Origin: Theionarchaea archaeon
Lineage (GTDB): Archaea > Methanobacteriota_B > Thermococci > Methanofastidiosales > SZ-28-30
Length of the DNA stretch: 13,970 nt
Direction of reading: 5' to 3'
NCBI GenBank assembly: GCA_018992685.1
Contig: JACVGT010000020.1
Coordinates: 1 to 13,970, forward strand
In this document: positions 7,189-13,970 of the stretch, piece by piece
How the letters are laid out: each line of letters opens with the position of its first letter
Numbering within the stretch: position 1 is the stretch's first letter
Position numbers and translations under genes: made by a program
Notes under the pieces: model-generated
What the model was told of the DNA's origin: nothing
What the model saw: the letters and a program-made list of their open reading frames with translations, nothing else
Databases searched by the model: none

Positions 7189-8228
7189 CAGACAAACCGT
7201 CCTTTCTCTATACTGATGAATTTCTCAGTTATGATTTTACCGGCATGCATCCACTAAAACCCATTCGATTGAAACTCACTTATGACACCATGAAGGTGAG
7301 GAAAACAGTGGATGAATTCGATATCGTTGAGCCCCGTCCAGCCACAGAAGAGGAATTGTTGCAGGTTCACACTCCAGATTATGTCAATGCAGTGAAGCAG
7401 GCAGACAAAGGAATTCCCCAGTTCAAATACGGACTGGGGACCTCTGACAATCCCTTGTTTCCCGGAATGTATCACAGCTCCCTGATCTACACGGGTGCCT
7501 CCATCTGTGCAGCAGAACATCTGAAGCGGAAGGACATGGCGGTCAATATTTCTGGGGGGCTGCATCACGCCCACCCTGCACAAGCAGCTGGATTCTGCAT
7601 TTTCAATGATCCGGGACTGGCCATTGCCACACTCCTCAAGACCCATGAGAAGATAGCGTATGTTGATATTGATGCTCATCACGGAGATGGAGTCCAGGAG
7701 ATTTTCTACCGATCCAACAGGGTATTAACCATTTCCCTCCATGAATCTGGCCAGTTTCTGTTCCCCGGGACGGGATTTCCTGATGAAATCGGGGAAGGTG
7801 AAGGGAAGGGCTACAGCGTCAACATCCCCTTCAATCCATATACGGCAGCTGATGTGTATATTGAGAGCTTTCTGGAGGTAGTTCCCCCCTTGATCACAGC
7901 ATTTCAGCCCGATGTCCTGGTGTGTCAGCTGGGAGTGGACACCAATACTGATGATCCCTTGGCTGACTTTCGACTGAGTATCCAGGGATATTTAAAGGTC
8001 GTGGAACTGATCAAGAACCTTCATCCCAGGAGAGTTGTTCTGGGTGGCGGGGGGTACAACTTGAATGTGGTTCCCAAGGCATGGTCCATGGCAATGGCAG
8101 TACTTGTAGGCCATAACCTGGATATCCCCTTCGAGTCTACGTATACAACGTCAGATAACGGAAGAGAGTACGCTGAATCCATGGTGAAAGAGGTTAAGCG
8201 GCTGGTGTTTCCATTTCACGGACTTTAG
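7185..8228 (+). CDS. acuC: Zn-dependent histone deacetylase-family protein (acetoin utilization AcuC-like)
   Basis: HPLKPIR, GGLHHA, GFCIFND, YVDIDAHHGDG, SLHE, FPGTG, GVDT-x3-DPL, GGGGY; ATGA overlap with the upstream gene. Confidence 0.93.
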   Translation: MTDKPSFLYTDEFLSYDFTGMHPLKPIRLKLTYDTMKVRKTVDEFDIVEPRPATEEELLQVHTPDYVNAVKQADKGIPQFKYGLGTSDNPLFPGMYHSSLIYTGASICAAEHLKRKDMAVNISGGLHHAHPAQAAGFCIFNDPGLAIATLLKTHEKIAYVDIDAHHGDGVQEIFYRSNRVLTISLHESGQFLFPGTGFPDEIGEGEGKGYSVNIPFNPYTAADVYIESFLEVVPPLITAFQPDVLVCQLGVDTNTDDPLADFRLSIQGYLKVVELIKNLHPRRVVLGGGGYNLNVVPKAWSMAMAVLVGHNLDIPFESTYTTSDNGREYAESMVKEVKRLVFPFHGL

Positions 8229-8327
8229 GATTTTATCGATGTAGAGATGTCATTTTTTTGTAGCAGTGAAGAATTAATTCTTATGTATGGATTCTTTCCA
8301 GGCAAAACCATTCAGAAATTTCAGAAC

Positions 8328-8340
8328 CGAAAACTATATA
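8328..8340 (+). promoter_or_regulatory. Putative BRE+TATA promoter of the polyprenyl synthase
   Basis: CGAAAACTATATA about 36 nt upstream of ATG 8376; TTCAGAA occurs twice just upstream (8311-8317, 8320-8326). Confidence 0.55.
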
Positions 8341-8375
8341 ATATCTATTCAAAAAGGAGGGCAGAAGGTGTACGA

Positions 8376-9284
8376 ATGAGTATTCCAGTAATTTTCCATG
8401 AGTACATGGAGCTGATCAACAGGAAGATAGACGAAATCTTCCAAGAAGACGATCCTTCCATCAGAGATATTGCACTGTACCACATCAGAGCTGGAGGAAA
8501 GAGGGCGAGACCCATATTGTCAGTATTGACCTGCCAGGGACTTGGAGGCACACTTGAGGACGTTCTCCCCTCTGCACTAGCTCTCGAAATCCTGCACAAT
8601 GTCTCATTGATATACGACGACATGATCGATGGGAACGTACTGAGGAGGGGACAGGAACCTCTCCACGTCAAATTTGGCCACAAAAACGCACTGCTCGCAG
8701 CAAGTTATCTTACCTGGAAGGCTCTGGAGGTTTTCTCAGAGAATGTGAAGCCTGCTGCCTTGAAGGAACTGGCCTATGCTGCCCGCATGACCACACTGGG
8801 CGAGAAGCTGGATATTGACTTTTCCCGGGTGACAGAAGAGGACTACATGCGTATTTGCGAGGCTAAAACCTCCTATCAGTTCAGTGTTTCCACATTTCTT
8901 GGTGCAATTGCTGCTACTGACGATGAGGCGATCCTGCAAGAATCCCGGCGTTTTGGAAAAAATCTGGGACTCGCTTTCCAGATAAGAGACGATATCCTCA
9001 ATATAGTGGGGAAAGAATCCGTGTTTGGAAAACCTGTGGGGACAGACCTTCTACAAGGCCGACCCAATTTTGTTGTTGTGAAAGCACTTGAGAAAGTAGG
9101 AGACACCCTGTACGAGGGTGACACAGCACAGAAGATAATGGAAAGTGGCGCGGTTGAGGAAGCAACCAGGACGGCTGAAGACTATCTGGAGAAGGCCAGG
9201 CAGTTCCTCGATATGTTTACAGTGGACAAGTACAGGGAGATGTTGGATGTGATGGTTCAGTTCATCATCAGGAGAACGCTCTAG
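8376..9284 (+). CDS. Trans-polyprenyl diphosphate synthase (IspA/IdsA family), 302 aa
   Basis: GGKRARP, first Asp-rich motif DDMID followed by LRRG, KT, LGLAFQIRDDILN, GKPVGTDL. Start reassigned from 8247 to ATG 8376 (SD GAAGGTG, promoter upstream). Confidence 0.92.
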   Translation: MSIPVIFHEYMELINRKIDEIFQEDDPSIRDIALYHIRAGGKRARPILSVLTCQGLGGTLEDVLPSALALEILHNVSLIYDDMIDGNVLRRGQEPLHVKFGHKNALLAASYLTWKALEVFSENVKPAALKELAYAARMTTLGEKLDIDFSRVTEEDYMRICEAKTSYQFSVSTFLGAIAATDDEAILQESRRFGKNLGLAFQIRDDILNIVGKESVFGKPVGTDLLQGRPNFVVVKALEKVGDTLYEGDTAQKIMESGAVEEATRTAEDYLEKARQFLDMFTVDKYREMLDVMVQFIIRRTL

Positions 9285-12200
9285 CAAATCGAGTGTCTTT
9301 GGTTGGTCTCCCATTGATGGTGCGGATTGATATGTGTTCTGAAGGTAGTTTTACTAGGATTGTTCCCCAGTAGTCCTTATACTCTCTAAACAGATAGAGG
9401 TCAGCTTGATTGTCCTCAGTGGTGTAGTACCCTGCGGGAACTCCATTTACCAGAATGATTGTCCCTTTCAAAGGCCATTCCTGGCGGTGGAGAAGACAAT
9501 AGGGATCTGTATCAGGGAGGAAGAGTATGGAATCTTCTTCTGGAGACTCTTCCTCTGGAGACTCTTCTTCGGGAGGCAGAGCGTAAAACACCTCATTCTG
9601 GTGGAATACCTTCTGCCCTGTTTCATCAAGCAGGGCCTCAATGATGTACAGTTCTTCATCCACCAGTTCCTGTACCTGGAAAGGGGACACGACTCCAAAG
9701 GATTTCAGTATCCGCTTCACCAGCTCTGGTACATCAGGGTCTGTGTATAGGTGTGCATCTTCAGGGAGGCAGACGTATTCTGTGTCATGATAGGAGACGG
9801 TCACCGCCTTTCCAGTCTGGAGCAGGTTCTGTACGTCCTCTGTGGTCCTCTTCTGGACTGATTTCACATTCAGAAAAGGCAGCTGGAGGGCAGTGGCAGC
9901 AGGATTCATGCTCAACAGGGACTGCAGTCTCAGCTGGGATTTGTAGACATGGTGCAGTTCTTCTGGTAGGGGTGGTGCTTCCACCAGGATTTCATTCACA
10001 AGAGGGACACCTGCACGTTCAGCTATTTTTTTCAAGGACTCTGGCTTCACCGTAATGTTTCTGGCTCCCTGGCACCTGTAAAACCGGTAGACCCTCATAA
10101 CCTCCTCCAGCAGCTCATGTGGAGATACTGAATCGTGGAGCTCCAACGCTTCCACACAGAAGGTATCACCCACAGTGAAGAGAATCCCTCCCGCCAGGTG
10201 TCCGTCAGCCAGAATTGGTGAGAAGGAATCCCCCAGCTCAGAAGAGCTCTCGTGCCTGATCTTGTCATAGAGGGGGTCAGTATGATCAATGATTCTGATT
10301 CCTGCAGGAAGCTCCGCTTTCATAACCTGAAAGTCTTCTTCTGTACAGTACATCTCTTGAACGATGCGAGAAAACACGGTGACCTTTCTGAACTCTTCAA
10401 GGACTGGATCCAGATCATCTGAGAAGCCCGTATGGTATAAGATCTCTTCCCTGGATACAGGACCACACGAACGTATGTATCTCCTGATAATTTCTCTTCT
10501 TGCTTCTTCAGGGGAGGTGCTTTCTGCATCTAATGGATAGAATCTGTTGTGTTCATCGCGATAGACATACAGGTGCTCCTCCAGCCCGTTGAAATACGAT
10601 CCACACGCGTCAACAATATCCCTTTTTTTCAGTCCGGGATGTTCCCGGATGAACTTCAATATGTGAACTTCTCCAGAAGGTATGTCCTGTCTGTAGGCTG
10701 AAACAAAGAGGGATTTGTGTTCAGGGAGGATGTAAACCAGTCTCCCTCTGACCTTGATCCTCACGAGTGTCTTTCTGAAAAATCCAATCCGATCATAGAT
10801 GGCCCTCCTTGATCTCATGTACCCATAAGCGTCAAATACTGCTTCCACAGAGGGATAGTCAAAGTGCTTCCGGGTTAAGAATTGATTAACAGTGCCAATT
10901 TCTATGCCTTCCCCATATTCAAGGTACCTCCTGTCCTTGATTAACATGTACTGCAGGACAGGGGCAGTGAAATATCCACAGGACACTTCGTTTTCCTCAA
11001 TGAGAGTATCAAGGACTTTCTCAGCCCTCTTTGCGTCAATATCAAGGTCAGACTGTATCTCTGTAGCCGTTCGTATCCCGGCGTACAGGATCGTCAGGAC
11101 AGCATCTTTCAATGCATCATCCGAAAGCGAGTCTCCCATGGGAAATGGGTCTTGTATCCGTTCTGCAAAATACTCTTCCACTGCTGAGAGAGAAAAAGCA
11201 GGAGTCTTTTCGATAATTCTCTCTGTAACTGCCTTCTGCATGTGCTGCAGGAATTCGCTGCGGTCTTTCAGGGTGATCACATCCTGGGCTCCTGTCATGA
11301 CAATGGATAGGGCAAAGGGTGATGGAATGGTGGTGTATTCAGATACCACCACCTCGATTTCCCCATTTTCAGTTTTCCTGAGAACCTCCAGTGCGTGGTT
11401 ACAATCCAGGGCGGAATACAGCACTTCATTGAAGGTCTCTTTAACCAGAGGGAAGTCGAAAGGCAGCTCTTTCAGCAACGAACGGGCCCTGAAGTACTGG
11501 GTACGGGGAGTGACAGACTTCCCTTTGTACCGTTTCAGGAGGAGGAACCCTCGTTCTGCACAGTGTCTGAATCGCTGACAGAAGAGTTCTGTTCCCCATA
11601 CAGAGGCTCTAATGACTTCAAGGAATTCCTCACTTCGTAGTATATCTGGGGAGAAATTGAGGGATTTCCTCGAATTGAGCATGAACCCATTGTCAGTCAC
11701 CGTAAAATCCAGGCAGGACAATTTCTGCCCATACCCTCTGGCCAGGGCTTCATTGACTCGTCTTCCAAAGGGACTGTGAAAGATCAGGTGGTAGGTGTGG
11801 TCCCCATCTATGTATCGTTCCACAAAGAGTACGTCTGCCGTGGGCATGATTCCTGTGGCTTTCTTCTGTTCCTCGATGTACTGCTGGATATCAGGATCAG
11901 CCCCTCCACAGAGCAATACCTCTTTTCTAAAGTCTGAGAGATCAGCCCCAAATTCATATGAACGCGAGAGTGCTTCTCCCCTCCAGGAGGGAACAGTGGG
12001 CTTTCCTCCCAGGGCATCTTTCACCACCACATACATTCCTTCAGTCCTGATAAATTCCAGAGAACGTCCTCCCAGAACGAATATGTCCTTGGCCTTCAGG
12101 TGGGAGACAAAGTGTTCTGATAGGGTACCCAGAGGAATGCCATCAAGAGCCACGGTGAAGGTGGCCTGTGACGGGATAGTCCCGCAGTTCAAAAAGTAGA

Positions 12201-13644
12201 GGTAGAGAGAACTCTTTACTCTCCCGAAATTCTGGCCATCAAACCACAACTTCCTGTACACATGTTTTTCCTCCAAATCTGCGTAGTACCCCCCCAGGTA
12301 TTCCAGAACAGTGAGAAAATCCTCGTATCCCAGGTCAGAAAAACAATAGGAACCCCGGATGACCCTGTATGCTTCGTTACTATCCCACACCTGTTCCAGG
12401 CTCATGCCAATGAGATGCTGGGCCAGGACATCAAGACAGTTGTGGGGGATTTCCACGGGCTCCAGCCTATAAGACAGGGCCTTTCTCTTGAGAATCTCCA
12501 GTTCCACCAGTTCATCTCTGTCCTGAGCAATCAACACCCCCTTGGAGACGGCATCCCTCCCATGTCCTGCCCTCCCCACCCGCTGCATGAGCTTCGCAGT
12601 ATTCTTAGGAGAGCCCAGCTGGACCACCAAATCTACATCCCCCACATCTATGCCTAATTCCAGGGATGTGGAGGTAATGACGGATTGGATGGAACCTTTC
12701 TTCAACAGGTGCTCAATTTCCTGCCGGGTTTCCTTACCCATGCTCCCGTGGTGAGCTGCCACCGAGTACAATTCGCGGTTCTTCAACTGGTAGACAATTC
12801 GTTCTGTCCGGGAACGTGTATTGGTGAAAACAATGGTAACATTGTGTGATTCAATGAGTTCTTTGAGGATATCATAGCTTTCGTCTATTGACTTCTCCAA
12901 GGAAAGAGAAGAAAGTGAGGCAGGCTTCACGATGGAGAGATCATACTTTTTTTCCTTTTCAGCTATGAGAACATGACAGGAACGGTTCGTCCCCACAAGG
13001 AATTTTCCAATCTCTTCTACTGGTGCCTGGGTGGCCGAAAGTCCAATCCTTACAAAGGGGCCGGCAATATTCTGGAGGCGTTCCAGTGATAATGAGAGAG
13101 ATACACCCCTCTTGGTATTGCATACGTCGTGAATTTCATCTATGATCACGTATTTGACCTTGGTCAATTTTTCTCTGAATTTGGGAGCATTCAAGATGAT
13201 TTGCAGGGTCTCGGGAGTGGTAATGAGAATGTGAGGGGGAGTTTTGAGCATTTTTGATCTTCTGTAGGATGAGGTATCTCCTGTCCGGACAACCACACGA
13301 ATATCTGCAAACGGAGCTTCCTTCTTGATCCCCTCCAGGGGAATCATCAAGTTCTTCTGTATGTCATTGGACAAGGCCCGCAGGGGGGATACATATATGA
13401 CGTAGACCATGTCCTCAAGCTGGGCCTTTTCTGCTTCGGAGACCAGATAGTCGATAGAAACCAGAAACCCTGCCAGTGTTTTTCCACTTCCTGTGGGAGA
13501 AAGGAGGAGGATGTTCTGATCGTCTTTGAGCAGGGGGAAGGCTAGTCTCTGGGGTTCTGTCAGGGAATGAAAGGACGAGGAGACCCATGCCCTGACTGCG
13601 GGATGAAACAGTGAGATGACGGAAGCGTCGCTATCCATGGGCAC
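9268..13644 (-). CDS. lhr: Lhr-family SF2 ATP-dependent helicase with long C-terminal extension, 1458 aa
   Basis: SPTGSGKT, YVSPLRALSND, ITTPETL, DEIH, GLSAT, HHGSM, TSTSLELGIDVG, QRVGRAGH, and Lhr-type LDVLAQH, GTIP, PSWRGE, HSPFGRRVN, PSPFA. Start is GTG 13644 (GGAGGA upstream) or ATG 13638. The 3' end overlaps the polyprenyl synthase by 17 nt. Confidence 0.95.
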   Translation of the reverse strand: MPMDSDASVISLFHPAVRAWVSSSFHSLTEPQRLAFPLLKDDQNILLLSPTGSGKTLAGFLVSIDYLVSEAEKAQLEDMVYVIYVSPLRALSNDIQKNLMIPLEGIKKEAPFADIRVVVRTGDTSSYRRSKMLKTPPHILITTPETLQIILNAPKFREKLTKVKYVIIDEIHDVCNTKRGVSLSLSLERLQNIAGPFVRIGLSATQAPVEEIGKFLVGTNRSCHVLIAEKEKKYDLSIVKPASLSSLSLEKSIDESYDILKELIESHNVTIVFTNTRSRTERIVYQLKNRELYSVAAHHGSMGKETRQEIEHLLKKGSIQSVITSTSLELGIDVGDVDLVVQLGSPKNTAKLMQRVGRAGHGRDAVSKGVLIAQDRDELVELEILKRKALSYRLEPVEIPHNCLDVLAQHLIGMSLEQVWDSNEAYRVIRGSYCFSDLGYEDFLTVLEYLGGYYADLEEKHVYRKLWFDGQNFGRVKSSLYLYFLNCGTIPSQATFTVALDGIPLGTLSEHFVSHLKAKDIFVLGGRSLEFIRTEGMYVVVKDALGGKPTVPSWRGEALSRSYEFGADLSDFRKEVLLCGGADPDIQQYIEEQKKATGIMPTADVLFVERYIDGDHTYHLIFHSPFGRRVNEALARGYGQKLSCLDFTVTDNGFMLNSRKSLNFSPDILRSEEFLEVIRASVWGTELFCQRFRHCAERGFLLLKRYKGKSVTPRTQYFRARSLLKELPFDFPLVKETFNEVLYSALDCNHALEVLRKTENGEIEVVVSEYTTIPSPFALSIVMTGAQDVITLKDRSEFLQHMQKAVTERIIEKTPAFSLSAVEEYFAERIQDPFPMGDSLSDDALKDAVLTILYAGIRTATEIQSDLDIDAKRAEKVLDTLIEENEVSCGYFTAPVLQYMLIKDRRYLEYGEGIEIGTVNQFLTRKHFDYPSVEAVFDAYGYMRSRRAIYDRIGFFRKTLVRIKVRGRLVYILPEHKSLFVSAYRQDIPSGEVHILKFIREHPGLKKRDIVDACGSYFNGLEEHLYVYRDEHNRFYPLDAESTSPEEARREIIRRYIRSCGPVSREEILYHTGFSDDLDPVLEEFRKVTVFSRIVQEMYCTEEDFQVMKAELPAGIRIIDHTDPLYDKIRHESSSELGDSFSPILADGHLAGGILFTVGDTFCVEALELHDSVSPHELLEEVMRVYRFYRCQGARNITVKPESLKKIAERAGVPLVNEILVEAPPLPEELHHVYKSQLRLQSLLSMNPAATALQLPFLNVKSVQKRTTEDVQNLLQTGKAVTVSYHDTEYVCLPEDAHLYTDPDVPELVKRILKSFGVVSPFQVQELVDEELYIIEALLDETGQKVFHQNEVFYALPPEEESPEEESPEEDSILFLPDTDPYCLLHRQEWPLKGTIILVNGVPAGYYTTEDNQADLYLFREYKDYWGTILVKLPSEHISIRTINGRPTKDTRFARAFS
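9533..9577. repeat. Three tandem 15-bp units within lhr encoding an acidic (S/P)PEE(E/D) linker
   Basis: TCTTCTTCTGGAGAC / TCTTCCTCTGGAGAC / TCTTCTTCGGGAGGC; protein PPEEESPEEESPEED. Confidence 0.85.
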
Positions 13645-13659
13645 ATATGCTCCTCCATG

Positions 13660-13667
13660 TTTTAAAA
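13660..13667 (-). promoter_or_regulatory. Putative TATA box for lhr
   Basis: TTTTAAAA about 22-29 nt upstream of ATG 13638. Confidence 0.4.
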
Positions 13668-13835
13668 GGTGATTGTGGGTTCAGGGGGTGAGAGGATGAC
13701 AGGAGTCAGACAGGGATGCAAGGTTGTCACCTTGAAGGTTCACCGGCTTGGCATGGGGCAGGACACAGGAGATACTTTCAGGGTAGGGGCTCATAAAAAT
13801 GTGCCCAAAGAGCGCGTCAGCAACCGATGTAATAT

Positions 13836-13881
13836 CACCAGACATGGGTGACACTTTTGACACCACACATAGGTAACACTT
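13836..13881. repeat. Two imperfect 21-bp direct repeats in the IS end (putative transposase-binding sites)
   Basis: CACCAGACATGGGTGACACTT (13836-13856) versus CACCACACATAGGTAACACTT (13861-13881); 18/21 identical, 25-bp period. Confidence 0.8.
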
Positions 13882-13891
13882 CTTATAAGTC

Positions 13892-13970
13892 TCATGGCAA
13901 CCGCTCCTCATATCTCGCGTGAGGCGTTGCACCGTTGATGCCCATGTGAGACCTTTCGTGATTGTAGTAG
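13892..13970 (-). CDS. C-terminus of an integrase-core (rve/DDE) transposase, IS481/IS3-like; partial
   Basis: Manual translation from 13969: YYNHERSHMGINGATPHARYEERLP*, matching the YNxxRxHxxLxxxTP signature. Confidence 0.8.
   Translation of the reverse strand, partial: YYNHERSHMGINGATPHARYEERLP

Larger units (their letters stand above)
13828..13970 (-). mobile_element. Right end of an IS481-family-like insertion sequence (continues beyond the window)
   Basis: Terminus reads TGTAATATCACCAGACATGGGTGACACTT from 13828 (TGT end), with an internal repeated 21-bp motif, directly downstream of a DDE transposase C-terminus. Confidence 0.75.

Noticed and set aside
8247-8375. 43-aa N-terminal extension of the polyprenyl synthase
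   Set aside because: AT-rich intergenic sequence containing the promoter and SD for ATG 8376
10892-12754. Long + strand ORFs (228, 134, 131 aa and others) opposite lhr
   Set aside because: Antisense shadows with no motifs; lhr explains the region
13836-13881. 21-bp repeats as a CRISPR array
   Set aside because: Only two copies separated by 4 nt; explained as IS end motifs; no cas genes in the window
13669-13932. ORFs 13681-13932 (-) and 13669-13851 (+)
   Set aside because: They cross the IS terminus and repeats, are not in the transposase frame, and have no recognisable motifs

Overview
Archaeal-type chromosomal window. Evidence for that call: BRE/TATA-like promoters, GGTGA-type Shine-Dalgarno sites, an archaeal-style tRNA-Leu without encoded CCA, and an MfnF-like gene; finer taxonomy cannot be established from the sequence alone. 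From left to right: the 5' part of a divergent MfnF/hydantoinase-like gene (- strand, missed by the ORF track), two tandem radical SAM/SPASM peptide-maturase-like genes with a candidate 17-aa ORF between them (own RBS, ATGA overlap into the second enzyme), a class I SAM methyltransferase, a HAD hydrolase, tRNA-Leu(GAG) (-), a coupled three-gene operon (membrane zinc-ribbon protein, membrane-anchored LCP/DUF4012-like protein, AcuC/HDAC-family deacetylase), an atypical trans-polyprenyl diphosphate synthase, a 1458-aa Lhr helicase with a long C-terminal extension (-), and the right end of an IS481-like element (also missed by the ORF track). The best candidate for an undescribed system is the twin rSAM/SPASM + micro-ORF + methyltransferase locus, a putative archaeal RiPP cluster. 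All assignments come from manual motif reading; no database searches were run.
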